Shown piece by piece: positions 24,291-37,093 of a stretch of DNA of 64,000 nucleotides. The stretch is taken from the NCBI GenBank assembly GCA_002633005.1, contig NMRA01000637.1, positions 129,317 to 193,316 of the forward strand, read 5' to 3'. Below the pieces are notes generated by a model, which ran no database searches, was not told the origin of the DNA, and saw only the letters and a program-made list of their open reading frames with translations. The translations under genes and the position numbers were made by a program. Origin of the DNA: Phoronis australis (Eukaryota; Animalia; Phoronida). Within the stretch, counting starts at the first letter, position 1. Each line of letters begins with the position of its first letter.

Positions 24291-26224
24291 AGGAGAATGC
24301 CACCCGATTTAATTAGTCTTTTTTGTCGCCTTAATCGGTCTATATCCACATCGCCTCGCATACGGTCGACCTTACCTTGCCAAGAGGTGTCGCTTTAACC
24401 TGTGAGGAAGGTGAGAAACTACGCTAGCGACGTCAGTGGTTCATATGCAGAGTGAATGCCGCTATGTTGCGGTGCATCGTTCCCGCTTGTCCGAACAAAG
24501 CAGCTGCGAGAAAAGCGAGTATATCGTTTTTTTACTTCCTCGAGAGTCCGAAATGCTTAGGAAGTGGCTCATGGTAGTGAAGAATGAAATGTACGCTGTA
24601 AATAGCAAGTACGAGGCCGTGAAACATCTCCGTGTCTGTGGCCTGCCGACGTCTACAGTGCCTGACGATCGAATGCCGGCTTACCAAATAACTCCATACG
24701 TTCCGTTGTCTGAGCTTGTTCACGGCGCCTCTCTAGTATTTCTTCATCACTGTATTTCTGTTCGAATTGATAGCCTTTAAAACTTAACGATCCACCATCG
24801 AAGTCTTGACTGATGAGCTCTAGCTCGTCCTAAGTCGGGATTGCGAGTTACCATGTTGTTTCAAAATGAATTATTCTCACCGTAACCAATACTTATATAA
24901 AACTTAAACAAAGTCTGTCTCATTAGATGCAGTTGATAATGCCTGTGGAGTGTTCGTAAGTGCAAATGATTTGAGAAGCCAGCAATGAATAAATCACTGC
25001 GTTACCGGCTTTAGGTGCAATAAAACTAATTGACGGGACACCGAGGCCGTGTTAGCTCATGCTAATTAAGTGTTTGCTGGCAGAAACTGTTGTGAAACAA
25101 TTCGATTTCCATCCCACGGCAAGGTGTTAGGATAATCTTTATTTACATTTACATTACTCAAATAATGATTGTCAATGTACAACTTCTGCCCTGACCGTGC
25201 TGAATTTGCGGCCCCCGACGAGTAAGTAGATTTGCAGTTTCGTGGCTAATTCACCAACATAATCACGTGCACATTACTTTGGCGCACTACTATAGTATTT
25301 TCTTGACTGGAAGTTTACTTTCCACTCAACTTTGCCTGGTTTATGTTCGTGATGTCTGATCAGTTTCCAAGCCACTGGCCGGGATAACGAGTCAATCCGG
25401 CCGGCCGCGACGGGCCTGATCGGGCTCCGAGCCACTGGCCAGGATAACAAGCGTTTTGTGTTATAACTCAAAAAATCACAAGTCTAAACAACACAGATGT
25501 GACGGGACGTTCGTATCTTTACGCTTATTGTTATTCTTATTTAGTTGCAAATGTTCAGTTATTCTTATGCTAATGTCTTTGTTGCGTCTCAGTGCGCCTT
25601 TGTTACGTGGGCATGTGGGCGCGACTGTATGTGTCGGGCACTTCGCTAGCGACAGGCTTAGGAGAAGGGTGTTTCCTTCTTTTGCTTTCATGAAAATTGA
25701 TCGTTATCATGTGCAATTGAACTGAAACGTATGCCTGATGAGAGGAAATACATATTTTGATGTTCAGTGGAGACTTGCTCTGTTACACAGATCTAGGTTT
25801 TTCTGTCTGTATCTCACGGAAAATACTTCGAAATTATCTCCGAACAGACCCCAAACTCCTGCTACGGACCTTATTGGCCTGCCGAACTTTGTAGGCTACG
25901 GTGTGTCCAAATACCAAGAAATCCGTAAGAACGAAATAAAACAACATGTTTTTATAAGAACTGGGTGTATTTTTAAGGGTTTTACATCGAAGTTTGATGT
26001 TTTATTGGTGTTAAACGATTACTTCAAGCGATAAGCTGACACCAGTAACCCGTGTTGTGAACTGCTGAACAGACTGCGTGTGAAACCGATGACGTCATTG
26101 GATAATTTCAACACCTCCGTCTGCCTTCAGGTGTCAGGTAACGCAACCGTACGTGTCCTTATGGAGTAGAACTACTCGATCTAAATTGATACAATTTAGG
26201 TTGTTTTTTGGGTGACATGCTCCT
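24291..26224 (+). mobile_element. Non-autonomous Kolobok DNA transposon, copy 1
   Basis: TTAA|AGGAGAATGCCACCC ... GGGTGACATGCTCCT|TTAA; frameshifted THAP remnant from ATG 24464 (MLRCIVPACPN..SFF/LPRESEMLRKW..LRVCG); colinear with 59203-60831. Confidence 0.85.
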
Positions 26225-26703
26225 TTAAGAACATATGAAGACAAAAGAATCGTGTTCATTTTATACTGAAGCAAAGAAGAAAGGTTGAGAACCCTATTGA
26301 AACAAAAAATCATTTCGTTGTCTTACCAAATAAGAAATAAAAAGCGGCCACAGGTTCAGCGTTTAAAGCGACACGAATCTCTCTGCATTTGCATACAAAC
26401 AAACACTATCGGGTATACGTCACAGCCAAAAATAGCATCTATGACGCGGTAATATAAATGCGTGATAATTTATGTTCATCTTGCTTTGCGAAACCTCTCT
26501 ATTATTCGGCACATATGTCGATCAAAAATTGTTTATGTTTCATGTCCATCTTATTCATAGATATTAAATTTCCAGTGCACCATCTGATCGGGGACACGGA
26601 AGTGTTTGATTACTAAATTCACCCCTCTGCGCTATTAAGGTTTCGGTGTTGGTTTCAACATTAAATAACATATTCTTCCATTCATGCCAATAAGAGAATA
26701 CTA

Positions 26704-27063
26704 CGGTCCTGCAATGAATGTCATAATATTTATCGTCTTTGATCAGTTTTTAATATTTAAAAACTGAAAACTGAAACGGAAGTGTCATATATAATTAATA
26801 GTTTTGCTCCAGATGTTACTGTTGGGACCTGATTGAATGTTGAGTGTTATTTATACTGCTGAAGTTATATTACCTTAAACTATTTTGGGAAAGTTTGATG
26901 ATCGAACTGGCTAACGACGTCCTGTAAACATTGGCCTCCCTTTTGAACTTTCGACTGTTTAAATGGTCCGGGAGGGGAATACGAAAAACAATATAACATA
27001 GCCGTATTGCACTCGACTGATTCAACGCGTATGATAAATATTATGACATTTATTGCAGGACGG
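26704..27063. mobile_element. 360 bp Tc1/mariner-type MITE
   Basis: TA|CGGTCCTGCAATGAATGTCATAATATTTATC ... GATAAATATTATGACATTTATTGCAGGACGG|TA; ~31-bp TIR with TA TSD. Confidence 0.8.
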
Positions 27064-28553
27064 TAGTTTTCAATTATCGCTACTTTTTATACATCGCTGG
27101 TCGGGATAAATTCCCTGTTCTGGGACAGATCTGAGTCGGCCTTTATAATAGTTACAATTACCTCGATTCAGGAAAGGGGTACTGGTTAATAAGATGGGAA
27201 TCACAACGGCAACCATGTTTGCAGAAACGCCATCTTCCGATCAAAATGGCAGAAGTGAATTATTTTGGCGCAGACTAATACACTTCATATGTGTAAGACT
27301 TCGTTAAAGACACGACTAGACTTTTTGTTAGCGATCTTGATGCTGGTACGTTTGTAATTTCGGAACAGCCTCCATTCTTTTGGTTTGCAGGTATGAAGTA
27401 AAATATTGAGATGCATAACAAACAAATTACAAATAAAAACCGTAACTATATTTCGTGACTTCATGTCACATCATCAGGCAATGAGTGGAATGAACATATA
27501 CAGAGAGAAATATGTGGTGGTGATCCAGGAAAGAAATTACCTCCTGGATATCTGTCTTGGCTACTTGTACTTGAACACACACAGTTGCTGTTGTGTTAGA
27601 AAGCATAACAATCCACTGTTTGCTGCCTTTGACCATAGAGCATCCATTTCTATTAAGCATAATAGTTTGTCAGATTGAAATTTACGCTTGTTACCAACAG
27701 ACTTTGTTTCCGAAACGACACCAAATCCCGTGGTGACAGTGAAAGATATCACAACACACACAAAACAGATATTTTTAATTTTTTTATTTTCCCAGTTCCA
27801 ATGAGTAAGTAACAGGGATCTTGGATTCCACTGTCTTACTCTACAATCGTTAAGTGAAAATTGGCAACACAAATATACAGCGGAATTGATTTTTACAATG
27901 ACAAACAGAAAAACAACATTACATCAAGTGACTGTGTTGTATAATATAATATTTCTGAGAAAGAAATACAAAAACCCTTTGAATACTATTTTTTCCAAAA
28001 TAGAGTTTCTCAACCAATCTTTATATTGTATAATTTTCTCTTCGTATATCTTACTTGAGAATTCATACAGGAAAGCCTATAGCATGTGGGGTGAAGGGGG
28101 AGGGCTAATTACGTAACTGTTTGCATTTCAATGACTTATAGTCCTTATGTGAGCAACCTTGGCTTTGTACTGCAGAGGTATCAAAATGGCAAAAATGAAG
28201 AAGAAAAATGACAGACTCTAAAACTGAATTGAAAGTGTGAAAGCATTGCAACACTTATCTATTAAAATAACGAAAAACCCGTTTTTGAGCTATTAACGCT
28301 AAACAACTTTCTCATCCAGTTGTCTGATGAAGCATAATAATGATCCGTAAAGATCGACAACCGTCAAAAGATGAAGGAAATTTTGAAAACTCCTGTCAAA
28401 ATCGGCTGAACGGGCAAGCACAGCCTATGCTTTTAGCGAATTACACGGCAACTATGGGAAGAGACCACCCAGCAATGGACCATAATGTCCAATCTGCTAC
28501 ACTACATAGGGAGTATGAGTTTTTAGTTGATCCCTGCCTTTAACTTGCGAACC

Positions 28554-28798
28554 CAGGCTTTAACATGGTGGGGCTCGAATTTCTGGCCATGTGGACCTTT
28601 TACTGACAAAAAAGCGGAAGGACTAAAAAAAAACGGGGTACCACCTTCAGAACTGTGAACTGTGCGTCTGCGCCTTTTTAGTGGACTTTTGTCTCGTTTT
28701 CTCGGACCTTTTGTTTCTCTGAGGCGGACTTTTTGCCCAATTCGCCAAATATGTGGGCTCGTTCGAGCCTCTTGAGCCCCCTCCAGGATGCGCGCATG
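28554..28798. mobile_element. Decayed short MITE (CAGGC...GCGCGCATG type)
   Basis: Internal GGACCTTTT/GGACTTTT repeats and TTCGAGCC..GAGCCCCC end; a related 5' fragment lies at ~37294-37355. Confidence 0.35.
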
Positions 28799-29229
28799 CC
28801 AATAACGTATTAGCAGGTGACAGAACGAGGATCGGTGGAAATCATCAAAACAGGGTTAAGCATCCTTTTAAGTAATTATAACACGGCTGACGTAATTTGT
28901 GCCGGTTTCAGAGGAGGCTCTAAGTCTAAGGACATCTTGCTCAAAGGGTGGGCCGGGGGTGGCCTCCAACAAGCAGACACACCGAAATTGAAGTAAGCGC
29001 AAGCTGGCAGGTGTGGAAAGCTCTCACGTGGTCACCTCGCTAAGGAGTCCACAGCCAGGTCAGTCCTTGTGCTGGATTCTGTGATATTCGAAACTATTGC
29101 ACCTCCCAATAAAACACTGTTTATTGTTGTCAGAAGGACGTCTTGTGCAGAGCCATTACGTAAAACCGTTTATTGGCACCCGGTGGCGATTCAGTACAGC
29201 ATACAACAGTGGCCACCCAAAAATATTTA

Positions 29230-31430
29230 TAGATGATCGGCCGTGGGAATTAATAAACCTCGGAAACCATTATTAAAATATCTTGGTCTATTTACACCGA
29301 CCTCTTGTCTATTTACACTGAAACTAAAACTATTCAAGAAAGAGCAATCGATGTTTTCACAAGTCCAAAACTTCGCAGTAGATTTAGGGAACTTAGTTGA
29401 GTCACTATTTGGGACTGTTTTCTTCAACCCGGCACTGGAGTTTACGACAGGTTGCTAGGTGTCTCCAAATGAGTATTTAGAACCTTTATTGTGTTGCACC
29501 TGTTATGTACAGCTAAAGCTGCTTGGTATTGCTGTCTTTCTAATTGAAGAAGTATGCCTGAATTTGCTGATTGGTAGATTACGTCACATTAACCTAGATA
29601 CGGAAGATCAAAAGACTTGACCAGAGTGTCAAGATGCATTGAGTTTGGATGGCGAGAGATGATTCTATTTTGACGAGTTCGCGACAGTGAGGAGTAAGTG
29701 TAAGCTCGTTGTCTAGTAGCAAGCCAAGGTGTTTATTTGTGTGCTCTCTAGGAGTAACTTTCTCATTGAGGGATAGATCTAGCCTTGCATTTGTTTAAAT
29801 TAGAAGTGTTATTAGAAAATATAAGATCAACAGTTGTTTCATGGTCGGATTTCATTTTGCATTTGTGAGACCAGTAATAGAATTTGTTCAGGTCAGTTTG
29901 TAACAGTAAGTCATAGGGATGCTCTTTAGAAAATGGGTAGAAAATTGCAGTGTCATTAGCATATAAGAATGTTAGAGTTTATTGTGTCTGAAAGGTCATT
30001 GATTTACAGTAAAAAGAGTAAGTGGCCTAGTACGCCACCTTGTGGTACTTCAGCATATACATAACCTGGTGTTTTACGAGGGTCAGAAATCACCCCCAAT
30101 TCGAACTTAGTAAGTTCGGCATTCAAAGTATGATTTTATAAGTGGGACGAGAGTGCCTGAGAAACCATAAGATTGCAAAAGCTGACGCAATGTCTTAAAT
30201 ACGGATGTCACGTAGCCTTGCTCAAACTGGAGGTTGATTTCATGTACAATTTCTGTAAAATGAGACACATTGTTCCAACGAGGCATGAATCCAAATTGGT
30301 GAGGTTTGTGACGAGAGGTGTCCAAGCACGTGTTGAGTAATAAATTTTTTTCTAAAGTTTTTGAGAACGCGTTGGGGGGATAGTGGGCAATGTCTCTTTT
30401 AGAGTACTTTTTGTGTATTGATATCATAACATCAAGTCAAAGTAAATTTTCCAGATTGTAATATTTTGTTGTATTATGTTGTCAGATGAACTGTAAGCTA
30501 TCTTGATATTAGTTATTATATCCGCACCGTCCTCGTTCCGTGGATGTTTTCTAGTAGTTTTCGGACATCAGATGGCTGGGGTTGTACATGTACCAGACAG
30601 GTTTCCTAGATTTCTGTTTGTGAATTCGGGAAAGGTTTGTTGTTGCTGCAATGTGACTCCTGGCGGTGAAATAATCTTGAAATATTTTCCTTATTTCAGC
30701 TTTGGATGACGCCTGAGTGTTGGCGTCCTTTGAGTGGATGATGGCTTTGATGATTTCCTTACCTGTCCTCGAATAATATTCCTTAAAATTTTGGAGACAA
30801 TGTTGGATATAAATTTCATCATATAACTTTGTTTTGCCGTTTTAATTAGTTGTTCCACACTGTTGCACCGTTCTTTGTCACACTTAAACGTGCACGGGTT
30901 ATTAGAATTTCTGAACGATATGTGCAGTTAATTTCTTTTATTTATTTGAGAAATAAATTTGTTGTTAAACCACGGCTTGTTCTTGTTTTCTATGTTTTCA
31001 TGGTTGGTGGGATATTGTTGTCAATTATACATGTTTTGTAGAATGAGTGTGAATGTTGAGACTGCGTTCTTGATGTCATGTTTGTTTAGTATTTCAGTCT
31101 ACTAAAATGTGGTTATGTCGGTGCGCAGTTTGTCCATATTAAAGAAGTTGTAATTCCAAATCTTTTTGAATGTGATAATTGTTATTAGGTACACGTGTAT
31201 TGTAGAGTGACTGTGCGAATGTCGAGACTGCGTAATTTATATCACTTTTGTTTAGCATTTCAGTCGATGGGTAGTTTGACCATGCTACCGAGGCTATAAT
31301 TCCAAATCATTTTCATAATGTCGACTGTGAGTGTTGTTTCTTTCGCGTTACCAATGAGAGGTCTAACAGAAGTGGATTCAGTTAATCCGAGATTTTGATT
31401 CATCTCCTCGTCTAAAAGTACTTATCATAA
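29230..31430 (-). mobile_element. Heavily decayed CR1/L2-group LINE (ORF2 remnant)
   Basis: Minus-strand RT motifs PHQFGF (~30300), EVPQGGVLGHLLFLL*INDL and LYANDT (~29950-30050), and HLGLLLD (~29720); many stops and frameshifts; boundaries approximate. Confidence 0.7.
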
Positions 31431-32914
31431 CCAATGCAAGTTCTGCTTAAATGTACCGCATATAGTCGCATGCCCCTAAATACTGCAAATAGGCGCGGTT
31501 CCGCAATTAGGCACATGCACCTAATGGTTGGCTATACGGTAGGGTAGGCCTGAAAATTCCAACTAATTTAATCACATTTTAAATGTATTAAATTAGTTGA
31601 GGGCCAGGCTAAATTTTGGAAGTAGAAAACAGATGAATGAATCACACTAAAAAGTGAAAAGGATAAGCAAACTACGGATGTGGAATTAATACAACTAAGC
31701 GTCAACGTTGTAGATGATTTGTACAGTTATGTAGAACGGGAATACTGTACTTAAGACAGGGACCGCTTCTTACCGACCTCTGACGGGCGACCCGGGAAAT
31801 AAGTCGTGGCAGCGCCGTGTGGTGACATGAATTTTCCACAGGGAAAATGATACCGTTTTTAAAAGTGGGTACAAATTTTTTGTGTGTGCATTCTACTCAC
31901 TGTTTAGGAATAGACCACTCTTCAGCACGCCCGAGAAAACTCTTCAATTACGGGGCGGATCCTCGTCTAAAACAACGCAAATTTGTCTTCATCTAGTCAA
32001 ACTGTTGAACAGAATGCTTTGTGTCACGTGATAAAAAGTTTCTACGTCAAAGAAGCATTCGTAGACAAAAGAATCTTTAGAAACCCCATAATCACACAAG
32101 TCTCTGAGATGTAGCCATGCATTGCTTGCGAGGCACGTGAGTTAATACTTGAAACTGACTTTTCTCACGATGAGTGTCTTGGGCCCATGATCGTAACCCA
32201 GCAGCTTCATCGCGTTAGATTCCTGCAACCGTTGCTTTTGACCCAGGTGCTCGTTTCTTTAGCTCTCTCAAACACAGGGAGCCAATATTTCAGGCTGCCC
32301 GCGTGTGAAACTAAACTCTTCTCTTACCCAATCCGTTCCCTTCTCACGCGACGCATATTCACCCTTCCGCACCACGTTAGATGGCGCCTCGATTTATTTT
32401 CATGTATTTGCTTGCGTACAAACCAACCCTGGTCTTGCCTATTACTCCTTATAGACCGGGATCCCAGAGCTTTTTTGTGCATGAAAAGGTAACCAATTTT
32501 CTTTGGTACCACATGGTTAGAAATGGCCGTCTGGCAGGTTCGCTCTGGTACGTGTGGTCAATGGAGCCAAGAGAATGACACTAAAAAATGAGCTAAATCA
32601 ACTTTTCTGGTAACCACATCAAACTTTCTTGGATACCTACTACGTAATCCATTGTATCAAAATTGGTCACTGCCTGACAATTTCAGTGGTGGGAATTATC
32701 GGCCAGACGTTTATAATTAAGGCAAAAAATTGAACTAGATCAATCTAAGAGCTATCCTCATGAAACCAGTTGCAAAATATTCAGCGTGAGCCTAGGTATC
32801 GCGAATGAACACTGCCAGGCAATTCTAGAGGTGGGTTAGCCCCCCAGACAAGCCCAAATACCCGAGTTGAGCTAGACCAACACACCAGGTAACCGTTTGA
32901 AACCAATTGCACGA

Positions 32915-35900
32915 TTTTCAGCGGAATAAAAGAAACTGAGTGCACAGACGACATTGTTATTGGTCTAGCAAAAAGAATTGGTGCTACCGTTGAGAAGTCT
33001 GACATATGTCGCAATCACCGCCTAGGTAAAAAAATTCAAGGTAATGCCAAGACGAGGTCAATTATAGTGAAATATACGAATTACAATGCAAGAGCCGAAT
33101 TCATGAGAAATAAAAGTAGATTGAAAACTGAAGCTGGCAAGATCTACGTTAACGAGAATCTGACCAAAAAACGAGCACAGTTGTACAAGGCTTGTAGAGA
33201 CCTGGGTGCCCGGATTCAGAGTTGCTGGACATATGATGGAATAATTTATTACAAGAACTGGGCCAATGAAATTAAACCGGTGAGCAGCATGGAAGTTTTA
33301 TAGGGCATCTAACTCTCAGATGAATATTATACACGCAAGCCAGAATATAATACAGTAGTGCAATAGTTTCCAACGTCTTGTATTCAGCTTTTGGTAAGAC
33401 TACTCACTTTTGTACTATAGTCTGCATGAAAGACGGCAGAATTTCCTTTCTCCGTTAAGTTGATGGAGTGGCGATCCTATTTAAGAACACTTTTGAGTAT
33501 AAATTACATAACATTAGGCAAGACTACATTGGTAATAAATTAATTTTGGATATTACTGTTAATGAGACAAGAATTACGTTAATTAATACGTATTGTCCAA
33601 ATAGGGACTCGCCGTCATTTTTTGAAAGAATAAAACAAGATATTCAAGATTTAGGAAATTACTCTGTTATTTGGGCAGGCGATTTTAATCTTGCTCTCGA
33701 TCAGTCTAAGGACACGCCTAATTATCGACAGGTTAATAACCCGAAGTCACGGATTAAGTTGATGGAGATTTGTACAGGATTGTCTATTGTTGATGTGTAG
33801 CAGGAACTAAACCCCAGTAATAAAGAATATACTTGGAGAGCTGGAAGTAAACGATCCAGACTAGATTTTTTTCTAATTTCTGAAAACCTTTTAGTTGATA
33901 TTGACGACTCCATAATAGAATTCGATCATTCAATGGTAACGGTTTTTTTAAAGTGATGTTTCCAGGAGGAGAAAATCCTTTTGGAAGTTTAATAATTCTC
34001 TCCTAAAAAACTCTGAGTATATTGTTGCAGTCAAGAATACTATTAAATTAGTTAAACAACAGTATATGACTGACGATATTCAGACTGTTGACAGTACAGT
34101 AATTCAGATTTACAATTGTCTATAAATGATCAACTTTTTCTTGAAACGTTGTTGATGGAGATTCGCGGCAAAACAATTTCCTTTGCTACTTACTTAAAAA
34201 GAAAAAGTAATAGAGTTGAACAGCAACTTATCAAAGAAATAAGCTTGTTGGAAAAAAGTCTAAGCCTTGACAGGGAACTACTGGAACAAAAAAATAATTT
34301 GCTTGCCGAGCTAAGGCAAAATAAGTTAAGAGGTCTTATGACTAGGTCGAGAGCAAGATGGATTGAAGAAGGTGAAAAGCTTTCCAAATATTTTCTTCAC
34401 TTGGAAAATAGGCATTACACAAGTAAGTTTATGCCTTTTTGTGGAAATCTGACAATACTAAAACCCATAGTGAAGAAGAGGTTATTCAGGAAACCAAAAC
34501 TTTTTATGAAAATCTATACAAATATAGACAGACTAACAATACTTCTTTAAAAACTCTTCTTGATAATGTTTGTGTTTCCAAGCTGAATGAGACAGAAAAA
34601 GAAAAAATAGAAGGTCTTCTTACATATGAAGAAGTCACACAATGCTTGAAAAAATGAAAAACAACAAAAGCCCAGGCTCTGATGGTTTTTCAGTGGAATT
34701 TATGATTTTTTTTGGGCTGACATTGGACATTTCGTTGTTCGCTCACTTAATACAGGTTTTGCTGTTGGCCAGTTATCCTCATCACAGAAAGAGGGAGTGA
34801 TCACCTGCATCCCTAAGGGAGCAGATAAAACTAAACATTATTTGAAAAACTGGATACCCATATCCTTGCTCAATGTGACATGTAAATTGGCTTCTTCGGC
34901 AGTAGCTGAACGGTTAAAATCCGTTTGGGAAAAGTAATCAGTAAGGACCAGACAGGTTTCGTTTCTGGAAGAAATATGAACGAAAATATCCGAGTGCTAT
35001 ATGATTTAATGTTTTATGCCCAGGCAGCTATCAAACCTGGATTGCTTTTACTGATTGACTTTGAGAAAGCATTTGATTCATTGTCGTGGAATTTTATTCA
35101 AAAAACTTTATCGTTCCTTAATTTTGGTTGGTCGATCAGAAGGTGGGTGAAAGTCTTTTACAGTAATATTAAGTCCTGTGTTGGTGTAAATGGTCACCCA
35201 TCTTCTTGGTTCAATATTTCGCGTGGCTGCAGACAAGGTGACCCTTTGTCTCCCTACATTTTTATATTGTGCGCGGAGATTGTGGCGTATTTAATCAAGA
35301 ATAATAAAAACATTGCTGGTGTAGTTGCTGTGAATAAGGAATATTTGATTTCGCAATATGCGGACGACACATCAATTACGTTGGATGGGTCGAATTTGTC
35401 ATTGACCACCACACTGAATGTACTACATTTGTTTGCTAGTGTCTCCGGTCTCCAAGTGAATGTGGATAAAACAAAAGCCATATGGTTTGGAAGTAAAACT
35501 GGTAGTGATGACGTGATTCCTACAAAAGACACTCAATTGGATAGTATGACGCATAAGAACTTCACTGCAAGAATAACTGAGATCAAGTCTTTACTAAAAA
35601 ATTGGAGTCGACGAAATTTAACGCCGTTTGGTAGAGTAACGGTAATTAAAACATTAGCTATTTTTAAACTTAATTTTTTGTTGTCAAGTTTACCAAATCC
35701 ACCAGTGAAAGTCTTGGATGAATTGAATACCACATTTTTTAGATTTGTATGGCAGGCCCGTAATGATAAAATTAAACGAACTACTGCCTGTTTAGGATTT
35801 GATCAAGGGGGAATTCAAATGGTTAATATACATACTTTCAGCAAAGCTTTAAAACTCGCTATGGCCCGTAGATATCTTGAAAGCCCTGCGTCTAAAAGTG

Positions 35901-37093
35901 GTGAATTGCTGTACTCACCCTACCCGTTCTTAAACAATTTTGCTCCATTTGGAGATGACTTTATTAAGTCGAAGTTAACTCTAATTGGCAATTCCTACTG
36001 GCGCGACATATTTGGAAGTATGTTATCTTTCTACAAGAAAATAATTGTTGCGAGTAAAGAGGACTTTTTGAACCAACCTTTGCGGTTTAATAGCAACTTG
36101 GCGATCAGAGGCACAGGTGTTTTTTATAAGCCTTGGTTTGTAAAAGGCTTAAGATTTATTAGAGATATCAATACCTCTGAAGGTGATTTTGTTAGTCTAA
36201 ACAATATGAAAAATAGGTTCGATGTTAAAACCAACTTTGTAGAATATAATGGTGTTGTTTCTATTCTAAGAACGTTTCAAAATAGTCTATTTCAAAGTAA
36301 ATGTAAAAGTGTTAATGTCTACTCTCCTTGCATGCCTTTAACAATTACTCACTAACGAAAAGAATTGAAGGGTTGTAGACATACATGTATTTGTTCAGTC
36401 TTTAATAACGCTAAGAAACCTAAGTCAGAGTGTAAATGGGAAATAGAGCTAGGAGATAGTTTAGATTGGAAGAAAATATATGCTTTACCTTACAAAATTA
36501 CAAAGGATCCCCATATTAGATGGTTCCAATTTAGAATACTACATTGAATTATTGCAACAAATACCTTTTTAGTCAAAACATGTTAGGGATTCTGATCTAT
36601 GTTCCTTTTGTAATAAAGCTCCAGAGACGCTATCACACCTTTTTTGGGAATGTAGCTTTATACAAGATTTCTGGAAGGAATTCGGAAAGCTACTTCAAAA
36701 GTGTGGCATTCAGCTGTCTGTCTTACGATAGTGTTATTCTTGGACATTACAAGACGCATGATTTTCTATTTAACATTTTGCTTCTACTAGCTAAACAGTA
36801 CATTTACAAGGAGAAATGTCACAAAAATATACCTAATTTTCACAAGTTCGTTACAAAAACTTATGAATACTATAATGCTGGAAAATTAAATGCTCATAAA
36901 AACTTTGTATATGACAGCTTCTCTGCCAAATGGGAAAATTTTATTGTTTATGTTAACTTCATGTAGAAGATATTTACCTTAAACGAGATACGAGAATGGA
37001 CTTCCTGAGGTGTGCATGCGTGAATGAATGGTGTACTTATTTGTTTGTTTGTTTTTGTAATTGTTTGTAAATGATAATAAATACATAAAAAAA
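32915..37093 (+). mobile_element. 5'-truncated, decayed Tx1/L1-clade LINE (ORF1 C-terminus plus APE-RT ORF2)
   Basis: ORF1 remnant ..HRLG..IIVKY..IYVNENLTKKR..CWTYDG; endonuclease GVAILF, GDFN, SRLDFFLIS, DHS; RT KSPGSDG, QTGF, DFEKAFD, GCRQGDPLSP, QYADD; C-terminal CSFC..HLFWEC; AATAAA and A-rich tail at ~37076-37093; multiple stops and frameshifts. Confidence 0.93.

Noticed and set aside
34925-36355. RT near variable genes as a diversity-generating retroelement
   Set aside because: The RT is a decayed non-LTR type; no template repeat; NHL changes are not adenine-specific.
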